From a virus (Duplodnaviria > Caudoviricetes), in the IMG/VR virus record IMGVR_UViG_3300037851_000130, positions 1-44,159 of that record: a stretch of DNA of 44,159 nt. One strand, written 5' to 3'. Positions within the stretch are counted from its first letter, which is position 1. Each line of letters begins with the position of its first letter. The notes under the pieces are model-generated. The model searched no databases. It was given only the letters and a program-made list of their open reading frames with translations, and was not told the origin of the DNA. Below are positions 36,842-44,159 of the stretch, in pieces. The translations under genes were made by a program, and so were the position numbers.

Positions 36842-36902
36842 TAATTTTTAAACATACTCTGGTATATAAAAAGGTTTCATTATTTGGAATAAAGTACCTT
36901 AA
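36842..36902 (-). promoter_or_regulatory. class B (late) promoter upstream of portal
   Basis: See 34875..34935; AAACCTTTTTATATA BRE/TATA. Confidence 0.8.
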
Positions 36903-38110
36903 TGCTTTCTACCGAATCCTACTAAGAATCTTGTCTGTGTTTTAGTAAAGTACATTGCTGCTAAACCTAAACTCATAACACAATCATCATGTAATCCTTC
37001 TGGTGCTCCATATCTTACATTACCAGCTTCAGTAATTTCATAACCATATGCTTCTAACTCACTAATTAATATCTCTATATTTGGAAAGCTTATCTCTTGC
37101 TTGTCTATCATTATACTTAGATTCTGAACTAAATTCTTTTTTGTTTCATTTGTAAAGTTATATGGTATTATTGGTAATCCTGCTCTTACTAAGTCATCAT
37201 TAATTGGGTCGCCTACACCAGTTGAATCAAGTATTACCATTTGTGGTTTCCATTTTAAATAAACTTGATTAATTCTTTCTTTCTGAAAGTTCCAATCTAT
37301 CTGGTTAAATCTATCCATGTATACTAAATGTCCATAATTATCTAATACTGTTATTACTGTGAAGTCCTGATACTTGGCTAAATCTACACCCATTACATAT
37401 CGCTTATCATTATTTGGTTCTTCAAACTCTCCTTTAATGCATCTTCTAACCCGTCTAAATATAGCACCCATATCATCAAGAAACTCAGCATATATTTCCT
37501 GCCTAACTGTTAATTCTGGTAGTGAGTTAATCATCATCTTAATTTCATCTGCTTGAATTTTCTTATTAAACTCAGTAGAAAATGTAAATGATTCTATGTT
37601 ATGCTCCTTGTTTATACCCTGACAGTATAATTTATAAAACCAGTTCTTTCCTTTAGGTGTTCCGATTATAATAGCATGGCCATTTCTATCTACCAGTGTT
37701 GGTCTTAATACATCACTCCATACTTTGTCTTTTACATATCCAGCTTCATCTACTATTAATAAATCTAACGAATAACCTCTAAGTGTATCTGGCCTATCTG
37801 CTGATTTAAATTCTACCCTCGAACCATTATCAAATTCAATATGTGGATTAGTTCCTGCTTCACTTGTTTTCTTTACTAACCCAGCACCTAAGTTTCGTAT
37901 AGTTCTTAATCCTATATCTATTGCCTGAGAATAAGTTGGTGCTACCCACCAGATTAAAGACTTCGGATGTTCATAGGCAAATATAATTACAGCCATCGCA
38001 CAGCCATAAGATTTACCGCTCCGTCTCCCTGCTGGAACTATTCTGAACCTTGCCTTTGATTGTAAGAATTGGTCCTGATACCATTGTGGCGTCAGTTTCA
38101 GCTCGCTCAT
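36899..38110 (-). CDS. terL: terminase large subunit
   Basis: AGRRSGKS Walker A, LIVDEA Walker B, GTPKG, GVDLA, HDDCVMS. Confidence 0.95.
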   Translation of the reverse strand: MSELKLTPQWYQDQFLQSKARFRIVPAGRRSGKSYGCAMAVIIFAYEHPKSLIWWVAPTYSQAIDIGLRTIRNLGAGLVKKTSEAGTNPHIEFDNGSRVEFKSADRPDTLRGYSLDLLIVDEAGYVKDKVWSDVLRPTLVDRNGHAIIIGTPKGKNWFYKLYCQGINKEHNIESFTFSTEFNKKIQADEIKMMINSLPELTVRQEIYAEFLDDMGAIFRRVRRCIKGEFEEPNNDKRYVMGVDLAKYQDFTVITVLDNYGHLVYMDRFNQIDWNFQKERINQVYLKWKPQMVILDSTGVGDPINDDLVRAGLPIIPYNFTNETKKNLVQNLSIMIDKQEISFPNIEILISELEAYGYEITEAGNVRYGAPEGLHDDCVMSLGLAAMYFTKTQTRFLVGFGRKH

Positions 38111-38501
38111 GTATAACCCTCACTGCTGTTATTTTATTATCTATTGATAAGTTATTTTGTGTCATGTTTAATGTTTGCTTACCAATACCAAGTATTAATA
38201 ATTTCTTATCTTGAACTCTTATTACTGTATCAAGCCATTTAACACTACCATCTGTTTTAAACTTTCTCCAGCTCTCTTCTTCTACCTTATCCAGATTAGC
38301 ACTTATCATGGCTAACTTGTCATCATGCTTAGATAGTTCTTTGACTTGTTCTTTTAGTTTCTTTCTAATCATTCTGGCTACTGTTTCCCTCGATACTCCT
38401 ATCTGTTGTGCTATGATATTAGTTTTAAATCCAAGCAGTCTTAACTCCCAACATTTTTCTGAATTAATCTCCATTTCGTCATTATATGTCATATTACCCA
38501 C
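38013..38501 (-). CDS. terS: terminase small subunit (HTH)
   Basis: IAQQIGVSRETV HTH; directly upstream of terL. Confidence 0.75.
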   Translation of the reverse strand: MGNMTYNDEMEINSEKCWELRLLGFKTNIIAQQIGVSRETVARMIRKKLKEQVKELSKHDDKLAMISANLDKVEEESWRKFKTDGSVKWLDTVIRVQDKKLLILGIGKQTLNMTQNNLSIDNKITAVRVIHERAETDATMVSGPILTIKGKVQNSSSRETER

Positions 38502-38508
38502 ATATCAT

Positions 38509-39759
38509 TCATTCAGTTATCTTTACTCCTTGTTTACCTGTTAGATTCTCCCATCGTTCTATTATTACACTTACATATTTTGGGTCTAATTCCATCATCA
38601 TACACTTTCTTTTAGTCTTTTCACATGCTATTAGAGTACTACCTGAGCCACCGAATGTGTCTAATACTATGTTTCCTTCCAGACTACTGTTGTTTATTGC
38701 TCTTATCATTAGTTCTATTGGCTTCATTGTTGGGTGTAATTTACACTTTTCTGCTTTGTCTATATTCCATATACTTTTTTCGTTTGTTCCGTAAAATCTT
38801 CTATTTTTTCCAATCCACCCATATAAAATTGGTTCGTGTTGATATGAATAATCTAATCTTCCCATTGAAAATGTTGGAGAAGATTTTACCCATATAAGCT
38901 CATGTCTACATTTCATAGAACCTTTCATCATCATCATCATCATCATCATCATCTGGTCTCCGCCTTGTGGTGCTGTTACATAATATCCACTTCCTTCCTT
39001 TAAACACCTTGACATATTTTCAAATGCTGGTTTCCATATTGATTCAGAAATAACATCAACAGATAGGTCATCTCCGATAATATCATCGGTATTGCGGTCA
39101 GCAATACCGATGCTTTGTAAATCTCTATTCTTCTTACCGATTGAAACCGAATATGGTGGGTCTGTGAATATCATATCTGCTTTGTTTCCGTTCATTAGTT
39201 TGCTTACATCTTCACTTGAAGTTGCATCGCCACACATTAATCTGTGCTCACCCAACTGCCATATCTCTCCTCGTTCTATTTTATATTTGGGCTCTTTAAG
39301 TGCCTGTTCTGTATCGAAGTTATCTTCCAGTTGTATCATATCCTCTGCACCTATCTTTTTAAGAATATTCCTTAATTCACTATCGTCTTTCTGAATGAAT
39401 CGCTTTAAGTCTTCCTGCATTCCTGCTTCGATTAACTTTTTGAACTCTTCTGCATCTAAGCTTGGGTCATGTTCTCCTTTTAACTTATTAAGAATTTGTC
39501 TTAGTAATTTTCTATCTCCAGTACTCATGTCTAATTGTATTGCTGGTATTTGTTTCATTCCGAATTTTTTATATATATTTAATCTATGTTCTCCATCTGC
39601 TATTACAAAGTTATGGTCTATTACTATTGGTGTTAGGTATCCGAATCTATTCATGCTTTCTTCAAGTGCTTGTTCTTGTGCTTTTGTCATTACATTTGGA
39701 TTATCTCCATCGGTTTTTATAGAATCAATATCTATCATTTTTACTTCGTGTACTATCAT
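38509..39759 (-). CDS. ParB-domain / N6-N4 DNA methyltransferase fusion
   Basis: NPN...PIVID..IADGEHR; HRLMCGD, TDPPY, HPTMKP, DTFGGSGST. Confidence 0.93.
   Translation of the reverse strand: MIVHEVKMIDIDSIKTDGDNPNVMTKAQEQALEESMNRFGYLTPIVIDHNFVIADGEHRLNIYKKFGMKQIPAIQLDMSTGDRKLLRQILNKLKGEHDPSLDAEEFKKLIEAGMQEDLKRFIQKDDSELRNILKKIGAEDMIQLEDNFDTEQALKEPKYKIERGEIWQLGEHRLMCGDATSSEDVSKLMNGNKADMIFTDPPYSVSIGKKNRDLQSIGIADRNTDDIIGDDLSVDVISESIWKPAFENMSRCLKEGSGYYVTAPQGGDQMMMMMMMMMKGSMKCRHELIWVKSSPTFSMGRLDYSYQHEPILYGWIGKNRRFYGTNEKSIWNIDKAEKCKLHPTMKPIELMIRAINNSSLEGNIVLDTFGGSGSTLIACEKTKRKCMMMELDPKYVSVIIERWENLTGKQGVKITE
38926..38952 (-). repeat. (ATG)9 trinucleotide repeat encoding poly-Met
   Basis: (cat)9 on plus strand. 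Confidence 0.95.
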
Positions 39760-40364
39760 ATAAACTCCTCTGCCTCTTGTTTTTGTTTTTCATCATTTAC
39801 TGGAAACCAGTATCCCTTGTGTTTAAGACACTTCAATTTTATTTTTGGGAATACTTCTTTCTCCAAGCTCCCTTTCTCTGGCAGTAATCCAGTCATTTCC
39901 CGTGTAAGCAAGTACCAACCAATACTGCACCATCCTCTCATCAGTGGTTTTTCTTCGAATCGTAATATCTCATCACCTCTTGTTCTTACTATTCCAAATG
40001 GACTTCTGAATCTTCCTAATACTATTGTTGGTTTGGTTGCTCTTTTTAGTTTGTTTAGATTAACATTAGCCAAATCATCTACATTTATTACCAGAAAAGT
40101 TCCATTCTTAATATATTTCATTGCATTTCTTATTGCTCCACCTGTTCCAAGTGGTTCTATTTCTTCTGATATTATACAATCTTTAAACCTTTCTTTAATC
40201 ATATCTGACTTATATCCAGTTGCTAAAACAATGTTATCTACATATGGTTTTATATATTCTATTTGTCTTTGTAATAAGCTCTTGCCGTTTACTTCTACTA
40301 ATGCTTTGGGGATATCTTGGGACATTCTTTTTCCTTGTCCACCACAGAGTATGAGTGCGTCCAT
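39756..40364 (-). CDS. sugar-phosphate nucleotidyltransferase (mannose-1-phosphate guanylyltransferase-like)
   Basis: ALILCGGQGKRM, PKAL, EPLGTGGA, FEEKP, SLEKEVFP; GGAGGT RBS before ATG 40364. Confidence 0.9.
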   Translation of the reverse strand: MDALILCGGQGKRMSQDIPKALVEVNGKSLLQRQIEYIKPYVDNIVLATGYKSDMIKERFKDCIISEEIEPLGTGGAIRNAMKYIKNGTFLVINVDDLANVNLNKLKRATKPTIVLGRFRSPFGIVRTRGDEILRFEEKPLMRGWCSIGWYLLTREMTGLLPEKGSLEKEVFPKIKLKCLKHKGYWFPVNDEKQKQEAEEFI

Positions 40365-41062
40365 GTTAATACCTCCTTGAATATTTTTTCTGTATCTTTT
40401 GGGCTGTCTACTTTTTGTACCTGAACTACTCCAGCCACTGAATAATCGTTTCCACCTTTGAATAACCCATCTCCTATGAATAAGCAATCTTCTTTATCAA
40501 AGTTATTTATTCTTATAAACTCCTTTATGCCGAATCCTTTATTCATTCCTTTCTTGGTTATATCTATGCTTGTTGTTCCGCCTATTGTTATTTCGAATCC
40601 TTTTAGTTTCTTTTTTAGATAATTTACGAACTTCTTTCTTTTCTTTTTGTTTTTATCATAAGCTTCCTTATCCTTTTGTGGTGCATTTCTACCTAAACAG
40701 CTTAATGTTATCTGGCTTCCTCTGTCTTGAATCTGTTCTGACTCGGGCTTAATCTTATATTCATTCATTAGTTCGTCTATTGCCTTTAATATTTTATCCT
40801 TGTCTTCTAATTCTATCTCATATACTTTTTCCAGAGTTTTCCCGTTATATTTATAATACTTTGTTCCAGAGTTAGCCAATACATGAACTGGAACATTAAG
40901 CTGGTCTAACACTTGCTCCTTGATATGGCTTAGATTAGAACCACCTATTACTGCAAACTCTGCTTTGGTTGTTATCTTTGTGATATATCTCGCCATTCTC
41001 TTGCTTAATTTCTGACATGACTCTGTAAGCGTATTGTCCATATCACAAATCAATATTCTCAT
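40298..41062 (-). CDS. HAD-IIB phosphomannomutase (eukaryotic-type PMM family)
   Basis: DMDNTL, GGS, DRGSQITLS, GGTTSIDI, FIGD...GGNDY. Confidence 0.85.
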   Translation of the reverse strand: MRILICDMDNTLTESCQKLSKRMARYITKITTKAEFAVIGGSNLSHIKEQVLDQLNVPVHVLANSGTKYYKYNGKTLEKVYEIELEDKDKILKAIDELMNEYKIKPESEQIQDRGSQITLSCLGRNAPQKDKEAYDKNKKKRKKFVNYLKKKLKGFEITIGGTTSIDITKKGMNKGFGIKEFIRINNFDKEDCLFIGDGLFKGGNDYSVAGVVQVQKVDSPKDTEKIFKEVLTWTHSYSVVDKEKECPKISPKH

Positions 41063-41268
41063 TCTATCACTTCTATATGAAAATATGTTTTATCATCTTG
41101 GTTGATAATCCAGAGTATATGCCTTTTATATTTAGTTCTAAGATAATCGAATGTATCTCTTAGTTTAAGTGCATTTTTTATTTCTATTACTGGCTTACCA
41201 CACTTGCATTCGAACAGAATATAATCTTCTGTATCTTCTAATGTCTTTGAGTTTTCAACAGTATGCAT
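41059..41268 (-). CDS. hypothetical protein
   Basis: ORF track; overlaps with neighbours. Confidence 0.6.
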   Translation of the reverse strand: MHTVENSKTLEDTEDYILFECKCGKPVIEIKNALKLRDTFDYLRTKYKRHILWIINQDDKTYFHIEVIE

Positions 41269-41459
41269 TATTTATTCCTCGCATCATTAGATAGTATCTT
41301 AAATCTTTTTTCCTCCTGTAACTGTTTCTCTGCTTCTACTATTTTTAGCTTTGTCATTGGTACATGAGTTTCTGCACTACATCTTGGACATACAAATTTA
41401 TCTATTGGTGCTATTTCATGCACTGTTCCACAAACACATTTAATTTTTACTTTTAACAT
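41268..41459 (-). CDS. zinc-ribbon protein
   Basis: CVCG...CPRC. Confidence 0.65.
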   Translation of the reverse strand: MLKVKIKCVCGTVHEIAPIDKFVCPRCSAETHVPMTKLKIVEAEKQLQEEKRFKILSNDARNK

Positions 41460-41766
41460 CAATATCACGCTCATGTTTTATATCTGTCTTATGTCCATCT
41501 GGGCAATAATATCCATAGTATTCTTCGATAATCTTTTTCTTATGGTCTCTATTTGTTATAAATGGATTGCCTTCCTGAGCAATGAATTTCATTTTCATAT
41601 ATTCTTCTTTTGGTTTTATTACTCCCTTTTCATAATCTAACTTAATACAAGTTCTGCATATTGGTTTTTTTGTTTCCTGCATAACTTTATGTGCCCATCT
41701 TGTCCAGTCATCAAATTCCTTTAATCTCTTTTTTACTGAGCCTAATTCAAACGCTTCTTCTGCCAC
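41440..41766 (-). CDS. hypothetical protein (CxxC...CxxxH)
   Basis: ORF track; GAGGTGG RBS. Confidence 0.65.
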   Translation of the reverse strand: MAEEAFELGSVKKRLKEFDDWTRWAHKVMQETKKPICRTCIKLDYEKGVIKPKEEYMKMKFIAQEGNPFITNRDHKKKIIEEYYGYYCPDGHKTDIKHERDIDVKSKN

Positions 41767-41966
41767 CGTAATTCCACCTCTTTTGATTTTGGATTGTTTA
41801 GAAGTTCTAATGCTGTAAATGTATCTCTAATCTTATCGCATGCATCAGAAAAATCTATATCATGTATAGTCATTGATTTTGCTCGTTTTGTTTTGTGGTC
41901 GAATATCTTAATTGATATTCCAACCTTTCCACGATTTCTTCCAGAACGATTACCAATAACTACCAT
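41742..41966 (-). CDS. small basic protein, paralog of 303..494; first gene of operon
   Basis: Leaderless after class A promoter. Confidence 0.65.
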   Translation of the reverse strand: MVVIGNRSGRNRGKVGISIKIFDHKTKRAKSMTIHDIDFSDACDKIRDTFTALELLNNPKSKEVELRWQKKRLN

Positions 41967-41979
41967 AAAAAAATATGTT

Positions 41980-42027
41980 TAAAGTACCTTATAAAGATTT
42001 CTATATTCAATTATTTATTAGTAATTT
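41980..42027 (-). promoter_or_regulatory. class A promoter overlapped by TAAAGTACCTTA site
   Basis: Blocks identical to 14299..14339; palindromic site 41980-41991 overlaps the TATA 3' edge. Confidence 0.8.
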
Positions 42028-42245
42028 TCTGCCCAGTCTACTATCTTTGAATCTGTTATCAGTCCTTTTCTTACTAAGTGTCTTAATGCTTCTTCTTTGT
42101 GTTTACATGGAACATTCCAGCTCTCTGCTGGGCAGGTGCATATTGTCTTCTGTGTTGTTTTGTCGTATATAACTTCATGGTCTTTTGGCTTGGCCTGTAT
42201 ATTTACATAAATTCTTCTTGGTGTATCCTGAACATTTACTATCAT
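42018..42245 (-). CDS. SWIM zinc-finger protein
   Basis: CTCPAESWNVPCKH. Confidence 0.75.
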   Translation of the reverse strand: MIVNVQDTPRRIYVNIQAKPKDHEVIYDKTTQKTICTCPAESWNVPCKHKEEALRHLVRKGLITDSKIVDWAENY

Positions 42246-42376
42246 ACTTTTATCACTGTTCGTTTGTTTTCTACTGCTTGTTTTTCTCCATTGCATTCTT
42301 TACAAATCTTTTCTTTGCCCCAAAACATATGTGTCTTTTCATGACCACATACATCACATTTGAATAGTGTAGTCAA
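42242..42376 (-). CDS. 44-aa zinc-finger peptide
   Basis: Hand translation (TTG) MTTLFKCDVCGHEKTHMFWGKEKICKECNG...; GGTGA RBS. Confidence 0.6.
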   Translation of the reverse strand: MTTLFKCDVCGHEKTHMFWGKEKICKECNGEKQAVENKRTVIKV

Positions 42377-42953
42377 TTTTTTCACCAAATATATTTTTAC
42401 CAAGTTCCTCTAATTTTTTATTAATATCAATTGTTCTTCTTAAAAAATGAGTAAACCCCATTCTTCTATATTCATTTTCTGCAGACATATGACACGAATT
42501 ACAAAGAGTTATTAAATTACTTAAGCTATTATCATTTGTTTTTCTATATGGAATTATGTGGTGTGCATGTAGTTTTGTTTCATCACATTTTTTAAAACAC
42601 TTTCTACAAGAATACCCATCTCGTTCATATACAATTTTCCTAATATTATTCCAATTTTCTCCACGATAACCACTATGACCACCAACCCATTTCCAATGTT
42701 TGTCTCCACTTATCTGATTATATACCTTATCCTTATTCCACGGAATATGTCCTTTTTCGAAACTACATATGGGTTTATATCCTTTTTTGTTTCCAGTTAG
42801 CGAATATCTACATTTTTTAGAACATGTTTTATAATATTTTCTCTGGGCAGTTGTATTAAATTCTAATCCGCATGCAACACATTTTTTAACAACTGGCTGA
42901 CCACGAATATGATATTTGCTCATATTGTTTATCTTGTTTTTTAGCTTACCCAT
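42354..42953 (-). CDS. HNH homing endonuclease
   Basis: CVACG, CSKKC, FEKGHIPWNK, RDGYSCRKC, HAHHI, NLITLCNSCH. Confidence 0.9.
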   Translation of the reverse strand: MGKLKNKINNMSKYHIRGQPVVKKCVACGLEFNTTAQRKYYKTCSKKCRYSLTGNKKGYKPICSFEKGHIPWNKDKVYNQISGDKHWKWVGGHSGYRGENWNNIRKIVYERDGYSCRKCFKKCDETKLHAHHIIPYRKTNDNSLSNLITLCNSCHMSAENEYRRMGFTHFLRRTIDINKKLEELGKNIFGEKIDYTIQM

Positions 42954-43626
42954 TTATTCTAACCTCCTTTATTATTTTACCTGATTTGTCTATAATTATC
43001 CACCTTCCTTCAAATTCATTGATTTCTCCATCATAATCATAGGAAACATTTGGAACGAGTTCGACTTCTTCAAGTGGTAGTTTTATTCCCTGCGTCTTTG
43101 CAAGTTTTTCCTGGGATATTTCAAGTTTATCTAATAATTCTTCATCTTTTGGTTCTTTCAAATCGTTTATAATAACTAAATCAAATTCGCGGTCTTTTCC
43201 ATCATCTGATATTGCTCTATCTATATGTATTGTTTGTTTTCTCAATTCTTCTGGTATTATAGTTTCTTTACAATATTTTACCGAGCATATTCCTGTTGGT
43301 TTTTTCAAATCGTCTTTTATTTCTCTCCACTTTTCATCTTCAAATTTGGCTTCTTTTATGATTTGGTTTATTCGGTTGCGTTCTTCGAGTTTGGCTTGGT
43401 CTACTGCTTCTATAAACCAATTAGCTTCATTGATTTCTTTATCTGTTGCAGTATCTATCTTTTTGTCAAGTGCTTTCGTTAATCTTTGTGCTATTTCATT
43501 AGTTGCGTCGTCCTGACCTGCTCTGAAAGCACATTTTCTGCATCCATGATTAGTCATTTGGTTGCAATTCTTACAGAACTCAAGTCTTGGTTCTGGTGTT
43601 ATTGTTATCAACTTGTTTTCTTTCAT
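42946..43626 (-). CDS. hypothetical protein (acidic, several CxxC)
   Basis: ORF track; CKNCNQMTNH. Confidence 0.65.
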   Translation of the reverse strand: MKENKLITITPEPRLEFCKNCNQMTNHGCRKCAFRAGQDDATNEIAQRLTKALDKKIDTATDKEINEANWFIEAVDQAKLEERNRINQIIKEAKFEDEKWREIKDDLKKPTGICSVKYCKETIIPEELRKQTIHIDRAISDDGKDREFDLVIINDLKEPKDEELLDKLEISQEKLAKTQGIKLPLEEVELVPNVSYDYDGEINEFEGRWIIIDKSGKIIKEVRING

Positions 43627-43636
43627 TTACATCGCC

Positions 43637-44159
43637 TCAAGCTGTTTGATTAGTTGCTGTTAAATTCATCTGGCAACTTTCAAATGCTTTTTTTACTCCT
43701 TTACACTGGTAGCACACAAATTCAACCTTTCGTTTTGGTGGTTGTTTCTTGAATTCTTCTTCAAGTTTCGTTAGTGTTGTATCTGGTTTAAATCCGTGTG
43801 GACTATCTGCCTCATATTTCTTTAATCTTACCCATAGGTCTGGATAATTTTTCCATAGGACATATAAACATGACTTACTCTGATAAGGACAGTGCCAACA
43901 ACCCAATCTTGCTACATTCAAATATAATGGATTAAGCAAACCTTTCTTATTCAGGTAATTTACGCAATCCTGTTCTGTCCATTTCCATTCGTTCAGTGGA
44001 TATTTTATTCTTGGGTCATTCTTAATTCTATTCTGTTCATCATAAGCAATACCAACATAAACTACATCAAACTCTTGCTGTTTCTTCTGCAATGGTTTTA
44101 ATTTAACTTCTCGCATAAACCAACATTGACATATGACATAAGGAAACCCACGTATTCTA
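43637..44159 (-). CDS. PAPS reductase family protein, C-terminal part
   Basis: Frame open to window end: RIRGFPYVICQCWFMREVKLKPL...YVGIAYDE..R...YPL..W...RLGCWHCP. Confidence 0.9.
   Translation of the reverse strand, partial: RIRGFPYVICQCWFMREVKLKPLQKKQQEFDVVYVGIAYDEQNRIKNDPRIKYPLNEWKWTEQDCVNYLNKKGLLNPLYLNVARLGCWHCPYQSKSCLYVLWKNYPDLWVRLKKYEADSPHGFKPDTTLTKLEEEFKKQPPKRKVEFVCYQCKGVKKAFESCQMNLTATNQTA

Noticed and set aside
27227-40487. Long N-terminal starts in the ORF track (29419, 34467, 34890, 40487, and similar MINM starts)
   Set aside because: They overlap upstream genes or read the GGTGA RBS as GTG; downstream ATGs with RBS or stop-start overlaps fit better
319-43482. Plus-strand ORFs in the six-frame track (e.g. 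1986..2588, 32772..33458, 33410..34120, 39670..40380)
   Set aside because: All are antisense shadows of well-supported minus-strand genes, with Ser/Phe/Leu/Ile-biased composition and no RBS or motifs
1-44159. Alternative genetic code / genome-wide stop recoding
   Set aside because: Core genes are intact in the standard code and TAA, TAG and TGA all terminate genes at tight junctions

Overview
Near-complete, circularly permuted genome of a tailed dsDNA virus (Caudoviricetes, siphovirus-like). It is AT-rich and essentially all real genes lie on the minus strand. A PAPS-reductase-family gene is split across the two window ends, with 3n+1 bases apparently missing at the join. Reading along the minus strand, the order is: small early genes; phosphomannomutase and sugar nucleotidyltransferase; ParB-DNA methyltransferase; TerS/TerL; portal-MuF fusion; prohead protease/scaffold; capsid proteins; neck genes with large accessory fibre-like proteins; tail tube; frameshifted tail chaperone; tape measure; baseplate and fibre; a candidate lysis cassette (MOA-like Cys protease plus holin-like and small membrane proteins); an 8.4-kb glycosylation operon (2 GT4, 4 GT2, epimerase, radical SAM, methyltransferase, cupin isomerase); a metallophosphoesterase; and many small Zn-finger ORFs. 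BRE/TATA-type promoters, leaderless starts and GGTGA/GGAGG ribosome-binding sites point to an archaeal host (possibly DPANN; inference). No integrase or recognisable replication gene is seen. The leading candidate novel system is a self-contained, virus-encoded nucleotide-sugar synthesis and glycan assembly pathway. It is split into two operons that share a duplicated promoter, and may act on Ser-Gly/Gly-Ser-rich virion proteins. All product calls come from motif recognition by eye; no database search was run.
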